A stretch of 36,218 nucleotides of DNA from Cirrosporium novae-zelandiae (Eukaryota). Below the pieces are notes generated by a model. That model searched no databases, had not been told where the DNA came from, and saw only the letters and a program-made list of their open reading frames with translations. The stretch is taken from NCBI GenBank assembly GCA_026023565.1, contig JAPETS010000003.1, positions 1,426,001 through 1,462,218 on the forward strand, in the 5' to 3' direction. Shown here one piece after another: positions 11,425 through 23,939 of the stretch (its first letter is position 1; each line of letters begins with the position of its first letter). Position numbers and translations under genes: made by a program.

Positions 11425-13843
11425 ATGCTCCAACATCTGATCAGAGGAACATCTCAAAGATGCTGTTCGCGGGTGGCAGTCGGATTGGCGAGAGTCAACT
11501 CAGAATTCGGTCGTCAGGCTTCAAGAAAATTCTCTGCTACGAGCTCAGCAGTTAGACAAAGCAAAAATATATGGATAGGAGCAGGCTCTCTAACTACGCT
11601 GGGATTTGTCGGATATTTTTCCTATCAGATGGGCTCCGCATCGCTGAAACCATCTTCTACAGCGATTGTTTACGCCAATCATGACACAATGCTTGTGGTT
11701 AGTTTCCCTCTTCTTCTCAATTGTTAGAATACATTGACCAGTTACTATGGATAGGCTGCTGAGGAAATCTCTGCTATTCTGGGAGAGGAAGCAATTACTT
11801 ATGACGATGAGGTCATCCATTCTCATGGGCACTCGGAATGGTCAACATCAAACTCTCCTGGCAGACCAGTGGCGGTTGTTTATCCAACTTCCACAGAGGA
11901 TGTCTCTCTTATTGCTCGGATTTGCTATAAGTATAATGTTCCAATGGGTAAGACGAATACTGCTCCATTTTTAGAAGCATAAGACCCTGCTTATTTTTTG
12001 CTTGACATAAAGTTCCCTTCGGGGCCGGTTCAAGTGTCGAGGGAAATTTTTCATCTCCTTTTTCTGGAATATGTATTGACTTTACACACATGGACAAAAT
12101 TATTGCCTTTCACGAAAATGAGTAAGTGAGCCAATCTCGGAGCTTGTTTAAACAACCAGCTGGCGGTAAGGCTGAAAATAATCTCAGTATGGATGTGGTT
12201 GTACAGCCCGGGGTCAACTGGGTCAACCTCAATAGTAGGATACAGGAAACTGGTTTATTTCTTCCTCTTGATCCAGGCCCTACTGTATGTATACAGGGCC
12301 ACTCTCGGTCAAACATAATCATTCACAGTCTAATAAGATATAGGCGCAAATTGGCGGCATGGCATCTACAAATTGCAGGTTTGTCCTTCCATTTTTTGTG
12401 GGGTACAAGCGAGATCATCCTAGCTAACAGAAACTTGAAGTGGAACAAATGCCATGCGGTATGGTACCATGAAGGATTGGGTGATTAACTTGACCGTTGT
12501 CCTCGCCGATGGCACAGTGATTAAAACTCGAAGGCGACCACGGTACGATTCGTGTCAGTGTTTCCATAATTATTTCTAATAGCAGGACAGGAAGACATCC
12601 GCTGGATATAATTTAACATCCCTCTTTGTTGGTGCCGAGGGGACTCTAGGAATGATTACTGAGATAGCATTGAAACTGGCAGTAATACCGCAAGAAACCA
12701 GTGTCGCTGTTGTCCCGTTTCCTTCGGTTCATGACGCTGCCTCAGCAGCATCAATGCTCATTCGCTCTGGTATACAACTTGCAGCGTTGGAATTGATGGA
12801 TGATGTGCAGATGCAAGTTATTAACCAGCATGGCAGTGCCGCAGTGAGGAAGCGGCACTGGGCTGAATCGCCTACCCTTTTTCTCAAGTCAGTGCAACTG
12901 ACCTTAGCGGGAGACGAGCTATGCAATTTCTAGTGAACTTTTCACTGATCATGACGTTAGGTTTTCTGGAGCCGAGGTGAGCGTTCGACACGACATCCAA
13001 CGTGTCAGAGGCATTTGTGCAAAATACAAGGCCGGTAACTTTGTTTTTGCGGAGAACACCCAAGACAAACTTGATTTATGGTCGGCACGGAAAGAGGCTC
13101 TATGGACAATGCTCTCTATTCGCCCAGAAGGAACAGAGATATGGTCAACGGATGTTGCCGTCCCGCTTTCTCGGCTTGCTGAAATTATTAGTATTCACCC
13201 TATCCATTTTTATCTAATCCTCGCTATGAGAGGCCTTACCAATTTTCGTACTGATCAACCATTCGCCAGATATTTCAAAGGAGGAATCGGGAAAACTAGG
13301 CTTATTCGCGAGCGTTATAGGCCACGTCGGCGACGGTAACTTTCATCAAGCCGTGATGTATGACCCTAGGAAACCGGAGCAGGTGGCCGCGGTTTCAAAG
13401 TGTGTCCATAATATGATGAATTCAGCCTTGAAAATGGAAGGCACAGTCTCGGTAGACCCCCTATCAACATTTACCTCCAGTATGGTTTATTGATGGCACA
13501 TTTCAACTCTAGGGAGAGCATGGCATAGGCCTCGGGAAAATGGTATGCCTAAATTTATATCAACTTCTCACTACAAAAGGCCAACTTGAAGATTGAAACC
13601 CCCAGCGCATTCCTCCATCAGCTTGCTTATGTTTACCGAAACAGGACTGTCTCGTCGACGAGCTTGGCATCGACACCATAGCATTCATGCAGACATTAAA
13701 GCGTTCTGTTGATCCAAAGTGAGTTTGATATCCTCGAATTTCAGATTTTCTAGTGCAACATGCAAGGCTAATAATTATTTTCTTCTCTGCTTGCTAGGTG
13801 GCTCTTGAATCCGGGAAAGGTTTTTGATTTGCCGAAGGATTGA
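11425..13843 (+). CDS. FAD-linked D-lactate dehydrogenase (cytochrome)-like, probable mitochondrial; about 11 introns
   Basis: Arg/Ser-rich presequence; spliced motifs [100 protein letters not shown]; stop TGA 13841-13843. Confidence 0.92.
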
Positions 13844-14066
13844 AGACCCAATGAAGAAGGAAATGAATGATATATGCTGGTATGAAAGTAATTGTTAGCG
13901 AGATTATGTGTAGTGTAGGCATATGCACAATATTTCATACTAAAGCTAATGCAAGAATACCAATTTATATAGCCTAGTAACTCTTGGGTCTGAAGGTCAT
14001 ATTATATTTCAAGTTGGGTACGAATTGCGGGACACGTGCGGGGGGATACTTCAGTACCACAGGGAT

Positions 14067-14105
14067 TAACGATAACGATAACGATAACGATAACGATAAC
14101 GATAA
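14067..14105 (+). repeat. (GATAAC)n microsatellite, about 6 units
   Basis: taacgataacgataacgataacgataacgataacgataa. Confidence 0.9.
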
Positions 14106-14480
14106 GCGAATCCCCCTCCTTTTCTATCCACGCCACCTCTTCTCCTCTTGTCCTGTCGATCCGAGTTCGTTACACCAATGTCACAATATACCCCGCTATC
14201 AATGTTGTCTGTTACGCAGAATGATGCGATCATTGATCATTGTGCTGCGGGGATATATAAACCTCCCCTTGGGTCGTGACTGACAATTTCTCTTTCCATT
14301 TCCTTTTTCCTTCTGTAGTAAACAAGGTAGGGTATCCGAGACAGATAATATTGATACTTAATTCTTGATATTATAGACCAACAATAACAACGACGACAAC
14401 GACGACGACGACGAAGATTTATCGTTTTTACAAAAGGGAAAGATTACTTATTTATCCAACAGTAAAATTGAGCTTTTGAA

Positions 14481-16232
14481 ATGGGTGAAAAGTACGAACT
14501 TCCATTTCAGGTATGTTATACCCATTTGAGCTTTGGGGAGACACTTGCTCGCTCCTTTACTTATTTATTACTTGACCTCATCTTTGACATTTTTTCCTAG
14601 CTTGAGAACCCAGGCCTCCTACACTACGATTCGTTCGTGAATAATGAATGGGTCAATGCGTTGGAGGGTGGCAGGTTTGATGTTCTTGGTATGTCTCTAC
14701 TGAAATATGACTCACCGGTAACATATACGCAATTCTGAATTCTAATATCCACTGCCTTTGTTGATTATATATAGATCCAGGAACAGATACCCCCTGGGCT
14801 AGCTGCCCGATAAATACTGCAAAAGATGCCCCCACCGCCGTCTCGGCCGCCCACGCCGCCTTCTCCCACTATAAAAAGATAAACCCACACCAACGTGCCT
14901 CTCTGCTCATGAAATGGGACCAACTGATCCGCGCGGCCCGTCCCGATCTCGCTAAAATTATCACATACGAGACAGGGAAACCCCTCGCAGAAGCCTATGG
15001 GGAGATTGACTATGCCACTGGGTTCACGAGGTGGTTTTCGGGGGAGGCGGAGCGGATCCAGGGGACCGTTTCGACGCCTTCGGCTGTGAATAGACGGGTC
15101 TTCACGATCAAGCAGCCAATTGGTGTGGCGGTGGCGTTGGTGCCTTGGAATTTTCCAGTGGCCATGGTGTTGAGGAAGGCTGGGGCGGCACTGGCGGCCG
15201 GGTGTTGCATTATCGTGAAGCCGAGTCCCGAGACACCGATCTCGTCGTTAGTTTTGGCGCATTTGGCTAAGGAGGCTGGGTTTCCCCCTGGGGTTTTCAA
15301 TGTGTTGACGACGGACTTGGGGAATACGCCGGGGCTTAGTGAGGCGCTGTGCAAGCATCCACTTGTTAGCAAGGTCACTTTTACGGGTTCGACACGCGTG
15401 GGCAAATTGATTGCGGGACATTGTGCCCAGGGGCTAAAGAAGGTGACGCTTGAGCTGGGTGGCAATTGTCCGTTTATTGTCTTTGACGATGCTGATCTGG
15501 ATCGAGCGCTTGAGCAGTTGATGGCGCTCAAATGGCGACATGCAGGACAGGCTTGCATCACAGCTAATAGAGTTTATGTGCAGAGCGGGATATACGACAA
15601 ATTTGCACAGATGCTCAAGGAAAAGACAAGTAAGCTTGTCGTTGGACATGGCTCCAAAGATGGAACGACAATGGGTCCAGTGACAACGCCTCGCGGGATA
15701 GACAAAGCTATCAGTCTAGCCGAGGATGCGCAAAAGCTGGGCGGGAAAATAATCCTAGGTGGAAAGAAGGTGGAGAAGGATCATGGGTACTTCTTCGAGC
15801 CGACTATTATTACGGGAATGACTCCCGAAATGCTCATCTCGAGGGAAGAAATCTTTGCGCCTATCGCGGCACTATACAAATTCAACGATGAAGATGAGGC
15901 CGTAAAGTGGGCAAATGAAACGAGCATGGGTCTGGCCAGCTATGCGTTCACAAAGAATGTGGATCGCCTTTGGCGGATGCTGGAGAATCTTGAGGCTGGC
16001 ATGATTGGGATGAATTGTGGTACGCGCAAACTGAAATGAATTCTTTTTTTCAAAGATCCCCATGAATACCGATTGATTGACTGAGCACAACACAGGCAAC
16101 TCCTCCGCAGCGGAATCACCCTTCGGCGGTATCAAGGAATCTGGGTATGGAAAGGAGAGCGGCAAGGACGTGGCGGTTGCAGAATATATGATCACTAAGA
16201 CCGGGACTTTTATGTTGGATGGCCAGTACTGA
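14481..16232 (+). CDS. Aldehyde dehydrogenase, succinate-semialdehyde dehydrogenase-like; 3 introns
   Basis: MGEKYELPFQ exon 14481-14510, then LENPGLL.., DPGTD..; motifs PWNFP, KPSPETP, FTGSTRVG, catalytic LELGGN and AGQAC, EEIFAP, ESPFGGIKESGYGKE; stop TGA 16230-16232. Confidence 0.93.
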
Positions 16233-16706
16233 GCCGAAGACGGGCGCGGGGAGCATACACGATATTATTGCATGGGAAGTAAAGGCCCCTGGGGCTAGGG
16301 ATAACTACGGTTTGGGCGCTTGTGGACTTGTTTGTTTAGATGAGTTCATGAATGCACACCCAATATCGATTCAGTCACTACAATTTACTATAACAAGAGT
16401 GCTCACACGTAGCATGGCATGGCATGGCATATTCCGAGAATTTATAAAAGTTTTCTTGTAGTTGTAATCTGTGAACTTGACCTTATAGCTAACAAAAAAA
16501 AGCTCCTATGAGAGGCTCCTTTGAAGTACGTTGTTATGGAAGAGCACAGTTGCTTAGTTTAACCGGTTGCTTTGTTTGATCTGTTTGCTCAAGGCACAGA
16601 CGCCCTAGTGGGGGTATATAGACTATGTAGTCTCTATATTTTTTGGCAATATACAACGTTATATCCAACGCCTTCATCTTCAGCAAATCAACGCAACCCA
16701 CACTCA

Positions 16707-18121
16707 TTATATCCCGAAGGTCTTCTCGGCATCATCATCCCCTCCAGCCTGCCCTTCCTTTCCAACCCCACCCTTCTTCTTCTCCCCCCAATCCTTCTCA
16801 TCCCCAAACTCAAACGGCCTCTCCCCCTCCCTCAACTCCATCCCCCCATCATTCGGCAAACCGCCCAGAAACGGTACGCCCATCCCATACAGTTCCGGAT
16901 TCTTCTGCAGGATTTCTTTCTGGCTGAGTACGTCGTCCAGATCCTGCTCACAGTCGTAGTATCGTCCGCGCAGGACGTCCTTGGCTATTCCGGTTGCGAG
17001 AGCCACGCTGGTCATACCGACCAGGTAGGGTGAGGTCTTGAAGTTTTTGACCCATTGGGGCAGGATTTCGTTGACGAATTTTGGGGTGGTTTGACTTAGG
17101 GTTGAGTCGGTTTTCACGCCTAGGGGGGGTATTAAGTCTTTGTGCGTGGGTTTGGGTGTGGCTATGGTCGGGGAAGGGGGGGGGACATACTTGAAGTCAG
17201 CGCCGAGGGGACCGCCCCAGGATGCAGCGCATATAGATGAATATCTTTATGTCCGGCAAGATCAACTTCCATCTGAATGCAGGCCGTCATACGAATCACA
17301 GCGGCCTTGCTGGTGTTGTAACTAACATTGCACGGCTGGTCTACCGTTCCGGACCTCGAGGCAAGGTTGATGATGCAGCCTTTCCGCCGTGACATGAAGT
17401 CGGGGAGCACTAACCTCATGAAAAAGTATGGTGCGAAAAGGTTGACGGCGAGATCTTCGATGAAACGGCCTGGATCTCCGGCATGGAACTAGTAATGTGG
17501 GGATTAGGATGATAGGGCCACAAAGGAATATTTATACTGAACGGGAAAGGGAACTCACCGATCTGACTCCCATAATACCAGCAACGTTGACCATCACCTC
17601 AATGGGTCCAACATCCTCCTTGATCTTTAACACACCACTAGCATTTCAGCCAAACCATCCCACATCATCTCCTTTATCCAACCAAGTAACCAACCACCAT
17701 CAAGAAAGAGAACAACAACTTACCTTTTCTAAAACCCGCTCACACTGAACATATTCCGTAACATCGCACCTCGCCACAAGCGCCCCCTTCGCCCCCAAAT
17801 CCATACACTTCCGGGCCAGATCCTCAAGCGTCTCGCCGTTGATATCGAGGAGACAGACGAACGCCCCGGCGCGGGAAAAGCACTCCGCCATTGCTCGTCC
17901 GATTGTTCCGGCTGCGCCTGAGATGCAGATAATACCACATGCATGTTAGCCAAACTTCTTTTTTTTTTTTTTGTCATCCATCATTGATTATTTATTTATA
18001 CTTTACCTGTAATGACAACAACCTGCCCATCCAGCTTCCCCACAAACTTTTCCGGATCTATCGCCGCATACACTTCATTATGCAGCCGGGGCTGCTTCCC
18101 AGTTTCTTTCGTCTCACTCAT
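16707..18121 (-). CDS. Classical short-chain dehydrogenase/reductase
   Basis: ATG at 18121 (MSETKETGKQPRLHNEVYAAIDPEKF); intron 17918-18006 splits VVVITG-AAGTIG; CDVT, NVAG, INLAS, catalytic YNTSK, LHPGAV; last exon ends at TAA 16707-16709. Confidence 0.88.
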
Positions 18122-18845
18122 TTTTTCTCTCTTAATTATCACCTTCTTCTTCTTACTTATACTTCTTCAATTGAAACCGTCTTCCTTTGTTAAGATACAA
18201 TGCCCTTCAAAAAAAACTAGAATAAAAACAGGTGAGTATATATTCTAACGTATTAACAAAAGTCGAAACAAGGGTAGTTTATTATTATGATAATTTTTTT
18301 TTGATTATGTACTTATGGTGTGGTAGAACTATTTATAATATTTTGGTTATGTCCTTTGCTTTTGCGGGGAGAGAGCGGGGGGGGGAGCTTTCTTCTTCAT
18401 CTTCATCCCCTGTACTGCGGGGTATTGGAATTAACCCCGCAAATGTGCTCTCTAGGTAACTAACTCCCTCTACTCTATTGCTTGAGCGAGCGAAGGGGGG
18501 GAAATAAGCCGAGTGAGAGAGAGAGAGAGAGAGTCCTTCCTTGTAATTATTGCGTTTTTCTGGCATTTAAATATTTTTATGCATAAATGCATAAATGCAA
18601 ATGTACTCGAGTAGAGTAAGTAAGTACCTAGGTACAGTACCTCGGTGGGTAGGTACCAAGTAGCACATGGTCTACAGTAGAGGCTGGATTGCGCCATATA
18701 GACTATGGCTAACGATATCATCATCATCAATACTTTCGAAAGTATACACATACTAATAAGTAGATAGCTGTTAGTTTTTTTACCCAAACCGTTCGAGGCT
18801 AGGTTTTTCAGGAAATCATAGAGGGGCATTTAAGGGAGGCGTATT

Positions 18846-18907
18846 CTGCTCTGCTTTGCTCTGCTTTGCTCTGCTTTGCTCTGCTTTGCTCTGCTTTGCT
18901 CTGCTTT
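18846..18907 (+). repeat. 10-bp minisatellite (GCTCTGCTTT) x6
   Basis: Perfect tandem copies read directly. Confidence 0.95.
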
Positions 18908-19544
18908 ATCGCTTGAGGTGTTGGAATTTGGCTCGGGGAATATTTATGAGGTAGACTATGTATGGATAGCTATTTTTTTACTAAAAACTACGGGAGACAT
19001 TTACGGAGACTTTTAAGATTCGGGAAACCCATTTCTAGGGTCGTCTAGATTCCATCTGCAAGTAGGCAGCAGGCGCTTATTGTTAGCCTCGTGGGCATTA
19101 GAGTTATTCGGTTGTGCCATTCTCGTTCTCTGCCAAGGTCCGTCGTGACGATAAAGTGCGTGTATATGGGGAAGGCGTACATGCGGCGGCGCCGAGATAT
19201 CTTGCAACAAGTCCTAACCCAGGTACTATATGCGTGCATGGGACAACTCAGCAATGTTGGGTCAATCTTAATCGACAAATTGATCACGTTGACAACTTGG
19301 TAGGGACTAGAAACCTTTTGTTCTGTGGCTTTGTCAACGTGGGCAGCCAGGTCGCGAGAGTTGCTAAGATTGTGGCTGCATCAAGCTGCTGCCACCAAGG
19401 GTGTAAAGTTGAGGAAGGAAGGCAACTCTATCGAGGTGGGAAGCGAAAGGGGTTTGTTTTTATGTAGCTTAAGGTTGCTGTAGCTCTTGCACGCGGAGAG
19501 AATGAAGATGGAAATTATGGTTCTTGGGACGGCACTGGGGACGG

Positions 19545-19570
19545 TGGATGGATGGATGGATGGATGGATG
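19545..19570 (+). repeat. (GGAT)n microsatellite
   Basis: tggatggatggatggatggatggatg. Confidence 0.9.
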
Positions 19571-20417
19571 AGCTGAGGAACGGATGAAGATGTTCTGGGG
19601 TTTCAGGGTCGGAAGCGATTTGGTGGTCATTTGCAGAATAGGCATGTGGATACTTCGTAATTCATGGAATGTGAGCTCTTCCAAGCTTTCTCGACAGCTA
19701 GCTAGCTAGCTATGGCTTTCCAACTAGACAGTTGGCTAGAGTACGAGATGGTACCCGAAGACAGTCTTCTCTTCAAGGAGCAATAGGGATTGTGGGGTGG
19801 GGATAGGAACCTGATAAGATCTCGAACGTCTTAGGCCTTTGGTTGGTTGAGTTTTGGCTTCAACGTTATCAATCAGCTGAAAGTCTAAATGGAGTTTAGT
19901 CCAGTCAAGTTAATTAGGGCTTCGTGGAAGAAACCGAACACTTTGGCGCTAAAGGATTATCGTGGAGGGGCACCAGGACTAATTGGGCTTAGTCAAGCCA
20001 ACTCTCATTGGTTATTCGGTTATTTTACTACTTTAGTCTTACCGTAGTCGCTTAATCTCGCATGCCTAAATCAACTAATGCCGTTTCCATCACTCAACTC
20101 CCGGCTATGATACTCAGTACTGTGGTAGAAAACATGAACAAGCCTTTGATTCCTTTGATTATTCCCCTCATTCAGCTAAACAGTGGCGGCCAAGCTTTAC
20201 CACCACCATTATCAAACAATGGCTTCTCTCGTCATCCTTCACTACACCGCCAGCAATTCCATTTTTATTCCCTCAATCTTAATCTTCATGTCCTCTGATT
20301 CGATCAACCCTGGCTGATAGCTCTTCCACTCCCAAAGGCTGTCATGATGGACATATAAATATTAATTCCCCCCCTTCTTCTCTTTGAACTTTTGTTCCCT
20401 TGTCCCGTCCCTTCATC

Positions 20418-23272
20418 ATGACCACTATGGCTACCACAATCACCCAGCTGGTGACTAGAACCACCACCGTCACCAGCGCCTCTGCTTCCAGTACCAACAG
20501 AGCTGCTCCTCAAGGTGGAATTCTTGAAGGTAGTAACCCATCCGAGTATGACTCCAAAAACCCCATAATTCTTTTCATCATCCAGGTATTCCTCCCCCCC
20601 CCGGCGTACTTGCCCTTCACACCGGATCCTAACCTACCATTAGGCTGGCATTATTATTATATTTTGCCGACTTCTTCACTTTCCCCTTTCAAAGATCCGA
20701 CAGCCTCGCGTCATCGCCGAGGTCATCGGAGGTATTCTGCTTGGCCCTTCGGTCATGGGACGAATTCCAGGCTTCACAGATGCCATCTTCCCTTCCTCGG
20801 CTACCCCCAATCTATCACTCGTCGCCAATATTGGTCTAGTCTTATTCCTCTTTCTTGTTGGACTTGAGGTTGATCTTCGCTTCCTGCTCTGCAGCTGGCG
20901 AACCGCGGTCAGCGTTAGTATCGCTGGAATGATTCTTCCCTTTGGTCTCGGATGCGGTGTTGCATACGGTCTTTATCATGAGTTTAGGGATGACTCTGGG
21001 CTGAAACCCATCGGCTTTGGTGTCTATATGCTTTTTATTGGTGTTGCAATGGCCATCACGGTATGTGCTCTATTTAAAAGCCACCAATATTCAAATCTAA
21101 CATTTATCAGGCCTTTCCAGTCTTGTGCCGTATCCTGACCGAATTGAAGTTGCTATCGACCCCTGTTGGTGTTATTGTACTTTCTGCCGGCGTCGGAAAT
21201 GATGTCGTTGGTTGGATTCTTCTTGCCTTGTGTGTTGCATTGGTCAATGCCGGCACAGGTCTCACTGCGCTGTGGATCCTATTGGTTGCAGTAGGATACG
21301 TCCTGTTCGTGGTTTTCGCTGTCCGCCCTGGGTTTATTTGGGTATTGAAGAAAACTGGAAGTCTTCAAAATGGTCCTACACAGACAGTTATGGCTTTGAC
21401 CGTCCTTCTGGTGCTTGCCTCTGCATTCTTCACTGGTGTCATTGGTATACATCCCATCTTTGGTGCCTTCATCATTGGACTTATTTGCCCCCATGAGGGA
21501 GGCTTTGCCATTAAAGTCACCGAGAAGATTGAGGATTTGGTCAGCACCCTCTTCTTGCCACTTTACTTTGCGCTGTCTGGATTGAGTACCAATCTCGGGC
21601 TGCTTAATAACAGTATTACATGGGGCTATGTGATAGCGGTGATTGTGGTTGCATTCACTGCCAAAGTAATTGGTGGAACATTGGCCTCCCGACTTAACGG
21701 TCTTGTCTGGAGGGAAAGTCTGACCATTGGCGTTTTGATGAGTTGCAAAGGTCTGGTGGAGTTGATTGTCTTGGTAAGTTCTTGCGCCCACTTAACCATG
21801 ATCGAAAAATCTGACTCGAGCAGAACATCGGGCTCCAAGCCAAAATCCTAAGCACTAGAACATTCACCATTTTCGTGGTTATGGCCTTGGTCACAACATT
21901 CTTGACAACCCCGTTGACTACTATCTTATATCCAGAGTGGTATCAGAGGAAACTTGAAGCATGGAAACGAGGTGAAATTGACTGGGATGGCACACCTCTT
22001 ATTACCGATGAGACCCTTTCCGAAACCAACCTCACGAAGTCGCAAAATAAAGTACAGAGAATCTTGGTCTACCTGAGATTAGATGGTCTACCGGCTCTCA
22101 TCACATTTGCATCATTGTTGGGAACTGGAAATTCCCCCACCCCAGCTCCAAAGGTCCACCCTAAAAATGAGTCGACTTCAGCGGAAGCGGAAACCGACAT
22201 CGCCCACAAAGAACGACCTTTGCAAATGCATGGCGTGCGATTGGTGGAGCTGACTGAGCGTGACTCCACCGTCATGAAGGTTCATGAAATTGATGACTAT
22301 TCAACTCGAGATCCTGTGGTTAACTCCTTCCGAACTTTTGGACAGCTTGCAAATATCGCCATCTCAGGCGAAGCTATTATCCTTCCCGAGAGATCCTTTG
22401 CAGAAAGTATCATCGGAAGGGCATCTGACCACTCCTCCGATTTGATTCTACTTCCGTGGAGCGAGAATGGTAGTGTGACTGAACACGAAATCCTGATTCC
22501 CGAGACAACAGATACCAAATTTAGCAATGGACCATACACCCATTTTGTCATGGATATCCTTAGGAGTGCCAAGAGCAATGCTGCAATCTTTGTTAGTAAA
22601 AGGTGTGGTGGTTCGGCTCCGGAACAGCCTCGAAGCCTTCACCGAACTGTTAGCGGTGTTAGCGGAAGACGGGGTCAAGACTTACCTACTATTCCTCTCC
22701 CTAATCGAAGTCATATATTCCTTCCCTTTGTTGGTGGATATGATGACCGGCTTGCTTTGAGGTTCGTGCTACAGCTAGCCCATAATCCCCAAGTCACCGT
22801 TACAATCCTACCTATCGATCTCACTGGCACCTCGTCCTCTAAACCTGAAATCCAAGACATGGCGAACCATTCTCAGTCCAAATCCCTTACCTCTACTGTC
22901 GCACCTATCTCAAAGGAACATGATACCACATTCCTGGCCACCATCCGTGACTCTCTACCTACAGACCTCTCTTCTCGTGTTGTATTCCTCGCAACTCAGC
23001 AGGTGCAGTCCGGCCCCGAGGCACTTGACTTGATCGTCGAACATGCGGATGAAGAATTTTCCACCAGCACCATCATTCCTAATGCTGGCCATCTGGTTGT
23101 TATGGGTAGAAGGCCTAGTGGAATTCTTGATTCTATTATGGAAGATTTGGGTAGCCCTAGATCGGACACTGGAAAGGCATTGGGTCCTCTGGGGTCTGCG
23201 TTCATCAAACATGACGTCAAGGCTAGTTTATTAGTTATGCAAGCTCTAGGAAACACCGAAGACGGAAATTAA
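20418..23272 (+). CDS. kha1: K+/H+ antiporter (CPA2, Kha1-type); 3 introns
   Basis: RAAPQGGILEG, PIILFIIQ, RQPRVIAEVIGGILLGPS, FLVGLEVD, AITAFPVLCRIL, GVGNDVVGW, FLPLYFALSGL, CKGLVELIVLNIG; introns ~20586-20643, 21061-21110, ~21774-21823. Confidence 0.93.
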
Positions 23273-23939
23273 ACGGATTTATGATACCATGGGATTTGCG
23301 GAGGTAATGGACTGGCTTGTCTAATATTTGTTATTTGGTGTTTCGGACAACTTTAAGAGTACGTCCTAATACTTGTATGATGTGATGCCTAGATAAGATG
23401 TCTGTTTGCGTTGTTCAATTCGATGATGATACTAATCGATTATCCAATGATGTGTGAGTACGTGTGATATGAGACATAAGATAAAGATGCATGATACAAA
23501 TATAAAAAAATGATACTGAATGGTTTAAAGAATTAGTTGAATGACTAGCATTCTTGCAATCAATGTATTAAAATTTCCCAAGATGCCATGGTCCATCGCG
23601 GAATTTTTGCTAAACTACAGGTGCGGACTGTAGCTCGTTGATCGGTATTGTAACTAGGGATTGTTATCCACGCTTTTATGTGTACCTAGGTAGGTAGGTA
23701 CTTGAAACTATCAGTCCCCAATCCCTACTTCTGCATGCATCTGAATTACAAACGTGGCCAGCAGTTATTCCATTTCTATTGTTGATTGAAAACCCGCTAC
23801 GGTCACCTAAACCTCCACAGGATATAGACCCGATGAGGCACGTGTGTCCCACATCTCATAGTAGATAGCTATTGAGCTTCCTAGCTTATCAAGTCTATCC
23901 CTAAATACTAGCTATACTACCCTAGCAGCTAACAGCCCA

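Noticed and set aside
13984..14283. ORFs with NDNDND / ITITIT runs
   Set aside because: Translations of the (GATAAC)n microsatellite.
15010..15561. 183-aa antisense ORF, and similar shadows within kha1 and other genes
   Set aside because: Antisense shadows of well-supported genes.
18846..18907. CRISPR-like array
   Set aside because: No spacers, eukaryotic context; a plain tandem repeat.
18232..20298. Several 65-120 aa ORFs between the SDR and kha1
   Set aside because: No domain motifs or splice-consistent model; repeat-rich intergenic DNA.
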